A stretch of 64,000 nucleotides of DNA, from the NCBI GenBank assembly GCA_964461335.1, contig CAYWTY010000002.1:1558-65557 (forward strand), written 5' to 3'. A program made the translations under genes and the position numbers. The notes beneath the pieces are model-generated. The model made no database searches. It was given only the letters and a program-made list of their open reading frames with translations, and had not been told where the DNA came from. The stretch is from an uncultured Oscillospiraceae bacterium (GTDB lineage: Bacteria; Bacillota; Clostridia; Christensenellales; CAG-138). Below, piece after piece: positions 1 to 9,329 of the stretch. How positions within the stretch are numbered: the first letter of the stretch is position 1; every line of letters starts with the position of its first letter.

Positions 1-380
1 GTGAAATAGAGCCTGTCCTTATCTATGCCGAGCCAACGGTCGGATGTTAGAAACTCCCACGAATATGCAATAGCTTCTTTTTTGAAGTAGTCCCCAAGCG
101 ACCAGTTGCCAAGCATCTCAAAGAATGTACAGTGCGAAGCATCGCCAACATCGTCAATATCACCAGTTCGCACACATTTTTGTACGTTTACAAGTCGTTT
201 CCCTGCAGGGTGCTTTTCGCCCATTAAATAGGGTACGAGCGGGTGCATTCCTGCAGTCGTAAAAAGCACAGTAGGGTCGTTTTCGGGTATAAGTGAGGCG
301 CTGCTTATAATTGCATGCCCCTTTTCTTTAAAGAAGTCCAGGTAGAGCTGCCTTAATTCCTTTGAGTTCAGCTTGCGCAT
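1..380 (-). CDS. alaS: alanyl-tRNA synthetase, N-terminal part (gene runs off the left edge)
   Basis: Minus-strand translation from the ATG at 380 gives [79 protein letters not shown]..., the conserved AlaRS N-terminus. It is absent from the ORF track because it is open at the window edge. Confidence 0.85.
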   Translation of the reverse strand, partial: MRKLNSKELRQLYLDFFKEKGHAIISSASLIPENDPTVLFTTAGMHPLVPYLMGEKHPAGKRLVNVQKCVRTGDIDDVGDASHCTFFEMLGNWSLGDYFKKEAIAYSWEFLTSDRWLGIDKDRLYF

Positions 381-633
381 TATGCCAAGCCCCCTTTCTC
401 TATAAAAGCGCGCATTTATGCGCGTATATGGCTAAATGTGATTTTACAGTTTTTTTCGCGCTATGGCAAGCGTTTGTGCTTAAGCCTCATAAGGCGGGGG
501 GTATGCGGCGCAGTTTGCGTTGCTTAGTAAAGGCCTGTATTGTACAATAAAAGAGCGTTTAGTTTATGCGTATATATTAAGGGCTAAAGCGCTGCATGTT
601 TAAGCTTAAAGCCCAAGCTAAAAAGGAGCAAAA

Positions 634-1455
634 ATGTCAGAATATAAAGCGGTAGAAAAAGTTGCGCTCATAATTGGCGCCTCCTCTGGAATTGGCGCTG
701 TTACTGCGCCGCTTTTTGAAAAGGGGGGCTATACTGTTTATGCTGCTTCCCGCAGGGCAAAGGCGCCTTACGAAAGCCCAAGCCTAATTCCGCTTAAAAT
801 GGATGTTACAAACGAGCAAAGTGTAATTTCAGGCGTTTCTTCCATACTTGAAGCAAAGGGGCGCATAGATGTACTCGTATATGCTGCAGGCAATGGAATA
901 GCAGGCCCTGTTGAAGGCACAAGCGTAGAAGATGCGCTAAGCCAGTTCGACGTTAACTTTTTCGGCTGCCTTAAGGCGTTAAACGCTGTGCTGCCCCATA
1001 TGCGAAAGGTGCGAAGAGGCAGCATAGTTTTAATAGGCTCTGTTGGCGGCAGGGTTACAGTTCCTTTTCAAACGCTTTACTCAAGCTCAAAAGCAGCGCT
1101 CGCTGCCTTAAGCGATGGGCTTAGGGCAGAGCTTAAGCAGTTTAACATAAATGTTACTCTTGTAGAGCCTGGCGATGTTAATACTGCATTCCCTGACGCC
1201 CGCCGCGTTTTAAATGCAGAAGATGAATACAAAGCCGAGTTTAAAAGCGCGCTCTACAATATGGAGCATGATGAGCGAACAGGCATGAAGCCTGAAGTTG
1301 TTGCAAAAGCGATTTATAAAGCAGCAGAAAAGGCCAACCCGCCTAGCCGCAAGGTTGTGGATTTTGGTTATAGGGTCTTGACGTTTTTATTGCGGCTTAT
1401 ACCTGCTTGCCTTGTAGAACGAATTGTAAGAAGCATGTATATAAGGAAAAGCTGA
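634..1455 (+). CDS. short-chain dehydrogenase/reductase (SDR family oxidoreductase)
   Basis: Has the GASSGIGAVTA cofactor-binding motif and the YSSSKAAL catalytic YxxxK. RBS aaaggag lies upstream. The stop codon TGA lies inside the repeat element at 1445-1604. Confidence 0.8.
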   Translation: MSEYKAVEKVALIIGASSGIGAVTAPLFEKGGYTVYAASRRAKAPYESPSLIPLKMDVTNEQSVISGVSSILEAKGRIDVLVYAAGNGIAGPVEGTSVEDALSQFDVNFFGCLKALNAVLPHMRKVRRGSIVLIGSVGGRVTVPFQTLYSSSKAALAALSDGLRAELKQFNINVTLVEPGDVNTAFPDARRVLNAEDEYKAEFKSALYNMEHDERTGMKPEVVAKAIYKAAEKANPPSRKVVDFGYRVLTFLLRLIPACLVERIVRSMYIRKS

Positions 1456-1604
1456 TTAATTCACAGCGCAGCCCTGGCGGCTACTTTTGTGCCCTGCTGT
1501 GTCGCTAAAATCTCAAAATAGCGCTGCTATTCTTTCGATTTTGCTCCGTGCATGACACAAAACTTTCTCGCCAGCCCGTCATTGTTCATTTAATCAGTAT
1601 TTCC
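1445..1604. repeat. MITE-like foldback repeat, copy 1 (~160 bp, terminal inverted repeats)
   Basis: The ends ggaaaagctgattaattc / gaatttaatcagtatttcc-type are inverted repeats. The interior aligns almost base for base with 27460-27620 (gtgccctgctgtgtcgctaaaatctcaaaatagc...ctattctttcgattttgctcc). The whole unit is an imperfect long palindrome. Confidence 0.65.
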
Positions 1605-1630
1605 ATAAGGAAAAAAGGAGGCATCGAAAA

Positions 1631-2170
1631 TTGAAAACAGAAATGAATGCAATAGATGCGATTTTAACAAGAAGGAGCGTACGAAGCTTCTTAAATACAC
1701 CTGTAAGTGAAGAAGAGCTTAAGGCAATCCTTCGTGCAGGCATGTTTGCGCCCTCAGCGCATAACCGCCGCACATGGGAGTTTATAACTGTTACAGAACG
1801 GCCTTTGCTAAATGAGCTTAGCGTTATGAGCCGTTACTGGGGTATGCTTAAAGAGGCGCCCCTTTGCATAGTTACATGCGGCTATTCCCCGGGTATAAAG
1901 CCAGAGGATGAAGAGTTCCTCATCCAAAACAGCTCAGCAGCAACCGAAAATATGCTTCTTATGGCGCATAGCCTTGGGCTTGGCGCAGTTTGGCTCGGCA
2001 TTTGCAGAGAAAGGCCCTACTATAATTCCGTTAAGGCGCTTCTTAAAATACCTGCTGATGTAAGGGTTGTGAGCCTTATGGCAGTAGGCCGCCCAAAAGC
2101 GGAGCTTGCTCCACGCGCTTTGCCGCTTGAGCGCTTTGAGGCCGAAAAATGGCATAGGGAGCGTTATTGA
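1631..2170 (+). CDS. nitroreductase family protein
   Basis: LTRRSVRSF N-terminal motif, about 180 aa, typical NADH/flavin nitroreductase fold signature. TTG start 10 nt after aggagg. Confidence 0.75.
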   Translation: MKTEMNAIDAILTRRSVRSFLNTPVSEEELKAILRAGMFAPSAHNRRTWEFITVTERPLLNELSVMSRYWGMLKEAPLCIVTCGYSPGIKPEDEEFLIQNSSAATENMLLMAHSLGLGAVWLGICRERPYYNSVKALLKIPADVRVVSLMAVGRPKAELAPRALPLERFEAEKWHRERY

Positions 2171-2946
2171 GTATGGCAGAAGGGGAGCTTCTATATAAGC
2201 TTTTAATAATATGCCCAATGCTCTTTCTTGCTGGGTTTGCAGACTCCATTGCAGGCGGAGGCGGCGTAATTTCGCTGCCTGCGTTTGTGTTTGCTGGGCT
2301 GCCGCTGCACATGGCTTATGGCACAAACAAATTTTCAATGTCTCTTGGTACATCTGTAAGCGCATACAAATACTATAAAGCCGGGCATCTGCGCCTTGCA
2401 ACTGCGCTTTTTGCAGTAGGGGGTGCGTTAATAGGCGCAAACATAGGCGCAAGCCTTGCGCTTTTGCTTAGCGAAAAGTATTTAAGCTATATCCTAATGG
2501 TGCTTTTGCCTATTGCTGCAGTGTTTATTATGGCAAATCGTAACTTCGGCGAGGCAGAAACAGCCCGCGAGCAGACAAAGGCTAAGGAGTATACTTTAAG
2601 TGCGCTGATAGGGCTTTTTGTAGGCGCATATGACGGCTTCTTCGGGCCAGGGGCAGGTATGTTTTACACGCTGCTTTTTGCATCCCTTTTAGGTTACAGC
2701 CTGCTAAGCGCCTCAGCAAATGCGCGTGTTGTAAACCTTGCGTCAAATATAGGCGCGCTTTTTGCATTTATCAGCGGGGGTAAAGTACTTTACGCAGTTG
2801 GCATACCTGCAGCCTTATGCACAATTTTAGGCAACTATTTGGGCGCAAGGCTTGCCATTAAAAACGGGGCGCGCTTTATAAAGCCTATAATGGTAGCTGT
2901 AATTGTGCTACTTATTCTTAAAATTGCAATTGACTATATCTTTTAG
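2167..2946 (+). CDS. TauE/SafE (TSUP) family membrane transporter
   Basis: 259 aa polytopic membrane protein with a two-half repeat and G-rich TM helices (AGGGGVISLP, YDGFFGPGAG). Confidence 0.75.
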   Translation: MSMAEGELLYKLLIICPMLFLAGFADSIAGGGGVISLPAFVFAGLPLHMAYGTNKFSMSLGTSVSAYKYYKAGHLRLATALFAVGGALIGANIGASLALLLSEKYLSYILMVLLPIAAVFIMANRNFGEAETAREQTKAKEYTLSALIGLFVGAYDGFFGPGAGMFYTLLFASLLGYSLLSASANARVVNLASNIGALFAFISGGKVLYAVGIPAALCTILGNYLGARLAIKNGARFIKPIMVAVIVLLILKIAIDYIF

Positions 2947-2976
2947 CGCATAGTTTATAAATAAATATGGCAAAAG

Positions 2977-3010
2977 AAAACGAGCCGTTGTTTTGGCTCG
3001 TTTGCTTTTG
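2977..3010 (+). terminator. intrinsic terminator after the TSUP gene
   Basis: aacgagcc-gttgtttt-ggctcgtt followed by tttgctttt. Confidence 0.6.
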
Positions 3011-3042
3011 CTTTTAAATTATTTTGGGGCTTAACAGCGCTT

Positions 3043-4548
3043 TTAAGTATTCCTGTGCCTTCTTTGCGGGCTTGAGAGTATTAAAATCTGCGTGCCTTCG
3101 CTTATCGGCTCCTTAAGCCCTTCATTCCAGCGCAAGAGCTGTTCAGGCGTAACATTAAAGCGCTTTGCAATGTTCCACACTGTGTCCCCTTCTGATGCAA
3201 GCGCAACCATAATCCCGCTCTCACGGCTTGTTGGCTCAACATTGAGTGCACCTGAAGCAAGCGCAAGCTCCTGCAAATTAAATGTGCGCGTAAGGATTTC
3301 AAGCAAATACTCTACATTAAGCGTTCTGCCTGTGCCGCTTGAGCGAACTTCTAGCGGCCGGATTATTGCAACAGCTTGTGGAGAATAGGGGATATCAAGC
3401 GTGCATTTTGCAGGTATATCTTCAGTAAACACGAACAACGCGCCTTCGCTTGTTGCATAAACAACCTCTGTTGCAAGCAGAGCATTTAGGGCAAGCTTGC
3501 CGTTATCATCAAAAAGGTTGAGCACAACAGGCCTGCAGCTTGTATAAACAACACGGCTAACTTCAGGGAGCTGCTCAGGAACCATCAGTTTCTCGCTAAT
3601 CGTACACAGCTCACTTGTGTTTCTTTCCGGTGAGAGCAGCTCAACATTTTCTTGGATACTCTCAACAGCTCCATCACTGCAATAGAAATCTTCGAGTATT
3701 CTTTGCTGATTTGCAACTATACAATTCGCCCTAAGCTCAATGCTTGCATCAAGGTCAAGCATCCCCTCTTGTGCGCTTATACCGAGCGAATAGTCTTTTA
3801 GCTCAGGTTTTACGCATATTGAGCCGCATGAGTTGTCAAGCTCAACTGCCATAAACTCCTCAAAAGGCAGGCGCTCGTTAAGTTGTGCAAGCGCACCTTC
3901 CGCATCCTCATAAAGCACAGTCACATACAGAATGCCGCTTATGTCAATGCCGTTTTCAGAAAGCCGTACATTGTTTATATGCGGCACTATATTGGCTCTG
4001 TGCACATGTGCTGCATTAGGTGCGCTAAGCGTATCGTTTAGGCGCAGTGTGGTTGAGCCAAGTTCGCGTGTGCTGGTAAAATCCGCATCATTGTGGCGCT
4101 TGTGGAGCTCACCCACGCCTGCAACATCAGTAAGTACCTGCATAGGTTCGTTGTCGCGTGCAACTGTATTAAGCTCAGCAACAGCTTCAACATGAACCCG
4201 CCTGTCTTTTAGGTCAGTGCGCAAATCAAAAAGTTGGGGCACAATTTCTGCTTCCATTCCGTCTTGTACGTTTTCAAGCGGAACATTGTGGTTGTAGCGC
4301 GTAGAGGCATGCACATCAAAGGGCTGCTCTTGCGCGTCAAGGCAAAGTATGTTCAGCGTGAGCGTTCCCTCAGCCTGTACGCCGCCTTCCACACAGCGGG
4401 CTGCTTCGTTGCGGATATGGCTCTCCACCCCAAGTATGCGCCCCGCCTCACGCCCCGCCGGCATAGGGATATCCCCCTCGATGAACGCCTGTACAATGCT
4501 TTTGCCTACAAGCCGTTCCAGATTAAGCTCATTATAGATGGGTTCCAT
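3043..4548 (-). CDS. SpoVID-like protein (DUF3794/SPOCS-type repeats plus C-terminal LysM)
   Basis: C-terminal LysM (GDTVWNIAKRFNVTPEQLLRWN). The N-terminal region resembles the SPOCS domain of spore-coat morphogenetic proteins. Start moved to the ATG at 4548 (MEPIYNELN, RBS agagaggtg), which removes the overlap with the upstream gene. Confidence 0.55.
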   Translation of the reverse strand: MEPIYNELNLERLVGKSIVQAFIEGDIPMPAGREAGRILGVESHIRNEAARCVEGGVQAEGTLTLNILCLDAQEQPFDVHASTRYNHNVPLENVQDGMEAEIVPQLFDLRTDLKDRRVHVEAVAELNTVARDNEPMQVLTDVAGVGELHKRHNDADFTSTRELGSTTLRLNDTLSAPNAAHVHRANIVPHINNVRLSENGIDISGILYVTVLYEDAEGALAQLNERLPFEEFMAVELDNSCGSICVKPELKDYSLGISAQEGMLDLDASIELRANCIVANQQRILEDFYCSDGAVESIQENVELLSPERNTSELCTISEKLMVPEQLPEVSRVVYTSCRPVVLNLFDDNGKLALNALLATEVVYATSEGALFVFTEDIPAKCTLDIPYSPQAVAIIRPLEVRSSGTGRTLNVEYLLEILTRTFNLQELALASGALNVEPTSRESGIMVALASEGDTVWNIAKRFNVTPEQLLRWNEGLKEPISEGTQILILSSPQRRHRNT

Positions 4549-4651
4549 ATTGCACCTCTCTTGACTGTGTATTTCTTTATCAATATATGAGTGGACATAC
4601 CCATACAGACTAACGGATTTCAATAATACGCGGCTTTGTTGCACTAACTGC

Positions 4652-5776
4652 TTAACTTTCACAGCCGAGCTTTGTTAAGAGCGCGAAAAGCTGCTCTTTG
4701 CTGCCCTCTACACCTGAAAGCGCAGCGTCACAAAGTGCATTAAGCTCCTCTTTAAAGTCAAAATAAAGGTCTGGCTCTGGGCTGCAGGGGGAGCTATATG
4801 CTTCAAAGAAAAGCTGGAGATAGCTGTCTTGGTACTTGGGCATTTCATCAAAGTCAGCTGCAGGGAGCGCACCTAGTGCTGTAAGCTTAAGCTGCTGCTT
4901 TTTTGTAAGAAGAAGCTCAATAAACCCTTTGCCATGTTCTAAAAACCCGCCTTTTGAACGTGCCTCAACTCCAATGTAGAGCACCTGTTCTGTAAAGCCG
5001 CCAAGCGGCAAGGCATCAAATGTAAAGCCGCCTGCAGCCATCTTCCGGTTAAGGTCCCCAAAGGCGCGGCCGTCCCCAATCATAAACGGCACCTGCCCTG
5101 CCTTAAAGTCACCCTCTAATGCAAGCGAACCTGTTAAGCCGAGCATTGCAGCATAAAGTTTCGGGCTGCAAAGCGCGCCATAGCGGCCTGTTGCACGCGA
5201 AGCCATTGCATCTTTAAGTGCATTGTAAAGCGCATCGCGCCTATTTGCTGCGTTGTTTGTTTCAGGCCAAGTCAGCCCAAGCTCCTGTATTAAAACTGTA
5301 TTGCCGAGCAGGAAATATCCGCTGTACATATAGGGCACAGCATACACAGCCCCATTATTAGAAAGTGCAGTTATGTTCCCCCGAAACTTTGGCAGCTCTA
5401 GCTCAAGAAGGCTAAACTGCTCTGCATTGAACGCACCCATAGGGAAGCTCCATATATGCGGCTTTTCTCCTGAAGCTATGCGCTCTATTGCCTGAGCGGG
5501 CGAAAGGCCGGTTACCTCTATATACACGCCCGGGTTTGCTCTCTCGTAAGAAGAGGCTGCGTTTTCAAGGTAGGATGTCAGGCTGCCCTTCTCGCTTTTG
5601 AACTCAGCAATATGCCAAAGGGTTAAGACCCCGCTCCAAGTATTTTGCTTGCCGCTAAGCCATTCCCTGTAAAAATTGCGGCCAAGCGCCTCATCAAGGT
5701 GCTTTGGCGCAACAATAAGGAAGGCAATAAGCATTGCCGAAACTATGCACCTTAGGCTGAATACAAGCTTTTTCAT
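4652..5776 (-). CDS. hypothetical membrane-anchored extracytoplasmic protein (solute-binding-protein-like)
   Basis: N-terminal signal/anchor MKKLVFSLRCIVSAMLIAFLIV. No diagnostic motif recognised. Start taken at the ATG at 5776. Confidence 0.3.
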   Translation of the reverse strand: MKKLVFSLRCIVSAMLIAFLIVAPKHLDEALGRNFYREWLSGKQNTWSGVLTLWHIAEFKSEKGSLTSYLENAASSYERANPGVYIEVTGLSPAQAIERIASGEKPHIWSFPMGAFNAEQFSLLELELPKFRGNITALSNNGAVYAVPYMYSGYFLLGNTVLIQELGLTWPETNNAANRRDALYNALKDAMASRATGRYGALCSPKLYAAMLGLTGSLALEGDFKAGQVPFMIGDGRAFGDLNRKMAAGGFTFDALPLGGFTEQVLYIGVEARSKGGFLEHGKGFIELLLTKKQQLKLTALGALPAADFDEMPKYQDSYLQLFFEAYSSPCSPEPDLYFDFKEELNALCDAALSGVEGSKEQLFALLTKLGCES

Positions 5777-5926
5777 AGCGCACCTAAAAATCATATCTCT
5801 ATCAGCATATGAGTGAGCGCTAACGTACAGAAGATGCTAATTAAATTTGAAGCAGCTGAATATTTTAACTACGTTAAGGGCATACTTCATATGCGGGAGT
5901 CCGTCTTTTTATAAACTTATGACCAT

Positions 5927-5933
5927 TTCGACA
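5927..5933 (-). promoter_or_regulatory. candidate Spo0A box (TGTCGAA) upstream of spoIIAA
   Basis: ttcgaca on the plus strand is a perfect 0A-box consensus TGTCGAA on the minus strand, about 195 nt upstream of spoIIAA. spoIIA operons are Spo0A-activated in model organisms. Confidence 0.3.
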
Positions 5934-6126
5934 ATAATAGTGCAGTGCTGACAGGACTTCCCGTTTTTTAACAAAGGTAATGCGCAGCCAAAACGCGAAA
6001 TATAAGCCAAGAAAAAGAACAGGCGGAAGTTTGGCGCTTGGGTCTACCGCTTGCCTTAAAAATATAACAACTCAAAGAGTGATTTAAACTATGTACGGCT
6101 TAAGGCCGGCTTAAGGAGGCGGGAAA

Positions 6127-6432
6127 ATGCAAATCAACGCCACCCGCAAAGGGCAGCGGATTAAGGCAATGCTTGCGGGCGAACTCGACCACCACAGTGC
6201 GCAGTATGTGCGCGAAGCGCTGGACTCGCTTATTGCGGACCCGCAAATTCGCGAACTTGTGCTTGATATGTCAAAAGTGGAATTTATGGATAGCTCAGGC
6301 CTTGGGGTCATCCTCGGGCGCTACCGCACGCTTACAGCAAGGGGAGGGAAGCTGCTTTTAGCAGGCGTTCCTGCGTCAATAGACCGGATATTTAGAATCT
6401 CCGGCATATATGCGTTGGTAGAACGGGCATAG
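6127..6432 (+). CDS. spoIIAA: anti-sigma F factor antagonist SpoIIAA (STAS domain)
   Basis: 101 aa with the FMDSSGLGVILG phospho-serine motif. It is the first gene of the spoIIAA-AB-sigF triad. Confidence 0.9.
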   Translation: MQINATRKGQRIKAMLAGELDHHSAQYVREALDSLIADPQIRELVLDMSKVEFMDSSGLGVILGRYRTLTARGGKLLLAGVPASIDRIFRISGIYALVERA

Positions 6433-6460
6433 AAAAAGCTTAAGGCAGGGGAGGGGTAAT

Positions 6461-6892
6461 ATGTTTAAAAACCAAATGCATTTGCAGTTTTCGAGCCTTT
6501 CACAAAATGAGGCGTTTGCGCGCTCAGTGGCAGGCGCGTTCTTTACTCAGCTCAACCCAACGCTTGAACAACTGACGGATGTGCGTACTGCAGTCTCAGA
6601 AGCAGTAACTAATGCAATAATCCACGGTTATAGAAGCAAAGAGGGTTTTGTTTCGCTTGAAGCCTATGTAAACGGAAACTGCATTAAATTTATTATTCGT
6701 GATAATGGTGCAGGTATAGAGGATGTGGAGCTTGCGCGCCAGCCCTTTTATACATCGCACCCTGAGCTTGAACGCTCGGGCATGGGGTTTACAGTTATGG
6801 AGACTTTTATGGATGAGGTTAGAGTAGAGTCAACCCTTGGCAAGGGTACAACAGTAACAATGGAGAAAACTCTCCGAAGAGCCGGGCAATGA
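6461..6892 (+). CDS. spoIIAB: anti-sigma F factor / serine kinase SpoIIAB
   Basis: GHKL ATPase motifs EAVTNAIIHGY and RDNGAGI, followed by GMGFTVM. Confidence 0.9.
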   Translation: MFKNQMHLQFSSLSQNEAFARSVAGAFFTQLNPTLEQLTDVRTAVSEAVTNAIIHGYRSKEGFVSLEAYVNGNCIKFIIRDNGAGIEDVELARQPFYTSHPELERSGMGFTVMETFMDEVRVESTLGKGTTVTMEKTLRRAGQ

Positions 6893-7626
6893 ATGACGCT
6901 AGCCCATTACCGCATGAAGAAGTTTTAGTTCTTTTAGAAAAAGCGCATAAAGGTGCTCAAGATGCAATGGATATGCTTGTGCGCCACAATACTGCGCTTG
7001 TAAAATCCATTGTTAAAAAATATCTTGGCAGAGGCGTAGAATTTGACGACCTTTACCAAATCGGCTGCCTCGGGCTTGTAAAAGCAATACAAAACTATGA
7101 CGCAGAGTTTTCTGTGCGCTTTTCAACATATGCAGTACCTATGATTGCAGGGGAGATTAAGCGCTTCCTGCGCGATGATGGGATGATTAAGGTAAGCCGC
7201 TCTGTTAAAGAGCTTGCAGTGCGCGCAGTAGCAGCACAGGAGCGCCTAAGGCGCACATTAGGCAGCGACCCGGGTATTTTGGAGCTTGCAAAAGAAGTTG
7301 ACGCAGAGCCTGAAGAAATTGCTGTTGCGCTTGAGGCAATGCGCCCGCATCTGTCTATTTATGAACATGTGTATGACGATGGTTCTGAGGCAACGCTTCT
7401 TGACCGCATGGAGCATACAGGCGGAGAGGATAGTAGCGTGGTAGATAGGATACTTTTAAAAGAGCTTCTTTGCAAGCTCGAAGCGCGAGAACGCCAGCTT
7501 ATTGTGCTGCGCTATTTTCAGGATAAAACGCAGTCTGAAATTGCGAAGCTCTTAGGCGTTTCCCAGGTGCAGGTGTCGCGCCTTGAAAGCAGGATTCTTA
7601 ACAAGCTGCGCGAAGCTGCTCGTTAA
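6889..7626 (+). CDS. sigF: RNA polymerase sporulation sigma factor F
   Basis: Sigma-70 region 2 (DLYQIGCLGLVKAIQNYD) and region 4 HTH (TQSEIAKLLGVSQVQVSRLE). Translationally coupled to spoIIAB. Confidence 0.9.
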   Translation: MNDASPLPHEEVLVLLEKAHKGAQDAMDMLVRHNTALVKSIVKKYLGRGVEFDDLYQIGCLGLVKAIQNYDAEFSVRFSTYAVPMIAGEIKRFLRDDGMIKVSRSVKELAVRAVAAQERLRRTLGSDPGILELAKEVDAEPEEIAVALEAMRPHLSIYEHVYDDGSEATLLDRMEHTGGEDSSVVDRILLKELLCKLEARERQLIVLRYFQDKTQSEIAKLLGVSQVQVSRLESRILNKLREAAR

Positions 7627-8516
7627 TCCTGTTCTTTTATTCTGCGCACGCGTATAAAAACATCTACTCCGTCAGATACATCGGTTTGCTCAAGGCTTAC
7701 TTGCATACCTGCATCGCTAAGCTGTTTTACTGCAACTGAAATAGAGTTTAAAAAGAGCCTGTAATCTCTTAAATACCTAAGGATTTTGGGGCGGGGCGCT
7801 GCACCGTCCTGTTTTTCGTCATATAGGCGGTTAAGCGTCTTTTCTACAAGCTTTTCCGTATCTTTAACAGAAAGCGAACGGTTCTTTACGCGCTCAACTA
7901 CCTGAAGCTGCGTAGCCTCATCCTTAAGCTTTAAAAGCGCGCGCGCATGGCGCTCTGTCATTCGCGCGTTTTGCATTGCATCCTTAACTTTTTGCGGAAG
8001 CCTTAAAACGCGCAGCTTGTTTGCAACAGCGGATTGGCTTTTTCCAAGGCGGGTTGCAAGCTCCTCCTGCGTAAGGTTGTAGTTTGAAATAAGGGTTTCG
8101 TAACACTCCGCCTCTTCAAGGTAGTGCAGGTTTTCACGCTGCAGGTTTTCAATAAGCGCAACAAGCGTACTCTCTTGTTCAACCATTACTGCTTCAACAA
8201 GGCAGGGCACTTCGCTCATCCCAAGGCGCTTGCAAGCGCGAAGCCTGCGCTCTCCTGCAACAAGCTCATACCCTTCGCCTACGCGCCTTACTACAAGCGG
8301 CTGAATAAGGCCGACTTGGCGGATGGATTCTGCAAGCTCGTCAAGCCCTTCTTCATCGAAGTTTTTTCTTGGCTGGTTGGGGTTTGGGCGGATTTCATCA
8401 AGCTGGAGCCGCATAAGCTTGCGGCTGCTTTCGCCCGGAAACTCCATACCTATATTGCGCTGCTTGCTGCTTTTAGCAGGCTCGGGCTTGTCCTTTAAAA
8501 AATCAAATACTGCCAT
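7623..8516 (-). CDS. noc: ParB-family nucleoid occlusion protein (Noc-like)
   Basis: ParB box IRPNPNQPRKNFDEEGLDELAESIRQVGLIQPLVVR and GERRLRA. Position downstream of mnmG-rsmG. Start at the ATG at 8516. Confidence 0.8.
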   Translation of the reverse strand: MAVFDFLKDKPEPAKSSKQRNIGMEFPGESSRKLMRLQLDEIRPNPNQPRKNFDEEGLDELAESIRQVGLIQPLVVRRVGEGYELVAGERRLRACKRLGMSEVPCLVEAVMVEQESTLVALIENLQRENLHYLEEAECYETLISNYNLTQEELATRLGKSQSAVANKLRVLRLPQKVKDAMQNARMTERHARALLKLKDEATQLQVVERVKNRSLSVKDTEKLVEKTLNRLYDEKQDGAAPRPKILRYLRDYRLFLNSISVAVKQLSDAGMQVSLEQTDVSDGVDVFIRVRRIKEQD

Positions 8517-8648
8517 TGTGCTCCCTCCCATGCGAGTCATTCTACATAAAACTTAAGAATCCTGCATTAAAACAAAAGTAGGCGTGTTTCACCAAAAATA
8601 CCTGTTATTCTCAAGGCTTGGATTATTTCCCGGGCAACTATTAGGCAG

Positions 8649-9329
8649 TTAAAGCGGCCTGCGGCTTGGTTCGCCCGGCTTTCTCGGGTAGAGTTGATGC
8701 GTCTTTTTGTACTTTTTAGCAAGTACAAGGCTGCGCTCGCCGTATTCAAGAGACATTTCTTTTATATTGAGCGTACAAAAGAGCTTTTCACACGCTTCAT
8801 TTGCAAGCGCAGCTTCCTCTTTTGCAGCTTTCCCCTTGTAGCAAATTGCGCTTCCGCCTACTTTAACAAAGGGCAGGGTAAGCTCAAGGAGCGTATTAAG
8901 CTTTGCAACTGCACGCGAGAGCGCAATATCATACTGTTCTCTATGGGTAGGCTGCCTTGCAGCTTCCTCAGCGCGGCTATGCAATACGCTTGCATTAAGG
9001 TCAAGCGCATTAAGAACTTCTTTTAAGAACTCGATGCGCTTACTTTGGCTTTCAAGGAGCGTAAGCTTAATATCAGGCCTTGCAATTAAAAGCGGTATCC
9101 CTGGGAAACCTGCGCCTGTGCCAATATCAATGCAAGAAGCGCCAACTTCAATATAGGGGAGAGCAAGAAGGGAGTCTATATAATGCTTTTCAACAACCTC
9201 AAGTGGCTCTGTTATGCGCGTTAAGTTCACTTTTTCGTTTGCTTTAATAAGCAGGTTGTAATACTTTAAAAGCTGCTCGTGCGCTAAAGGCGTAAGTTCG
9301 GGCAGGTGTTTTTCAAGAAGCGCCTTCAT
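8649..9329 (-). CDS. rsmG: 16S rRNA (guanine527-N7)-methyltransferase
   Basis: SAM motif DIGTGAGFPGIPL. ATGA overlap with the mnmG stop. Confidence 0.85.
   Translation of the reverse strand: MKALLEKHLPELTPLAHEQLLKYYNLLIKANEKVNLTRITEPLEVVEKHYIDSLLALPYIEVGASCIDIGTGAGFPGIPLLIARPDIKLTLLESQSKRIEFLKEVLNALDLNASVLHSRAEEAARQPTHREQYDIALSRAVAKLNTLLELTLPFVKVGGSAICYKGKAAKEEAALANEACEKLFCTLNIKEMSLEYGERSLVLAKKYKKTHQLYPRKPGEPSRRPL

Noticed and set aside
362-550. 62-aa plus-strand ORF in the alaS/SDR divergent spacer.
   Set aside because: It has a TTG start overlapping the alaS start codon, a Cys-rich odd composition and no RBS. It is most likely non-coding promoter or leader DNA.
8541-8648. Possible oriC or DnaA-box cluster near mnmG-rsmG-noc.
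   Set aside because: I found no cluster of TTATCCACA-like boxes here or in the other spacers of the window. Only isolated one- or two-mismatch matches occur inside genes.
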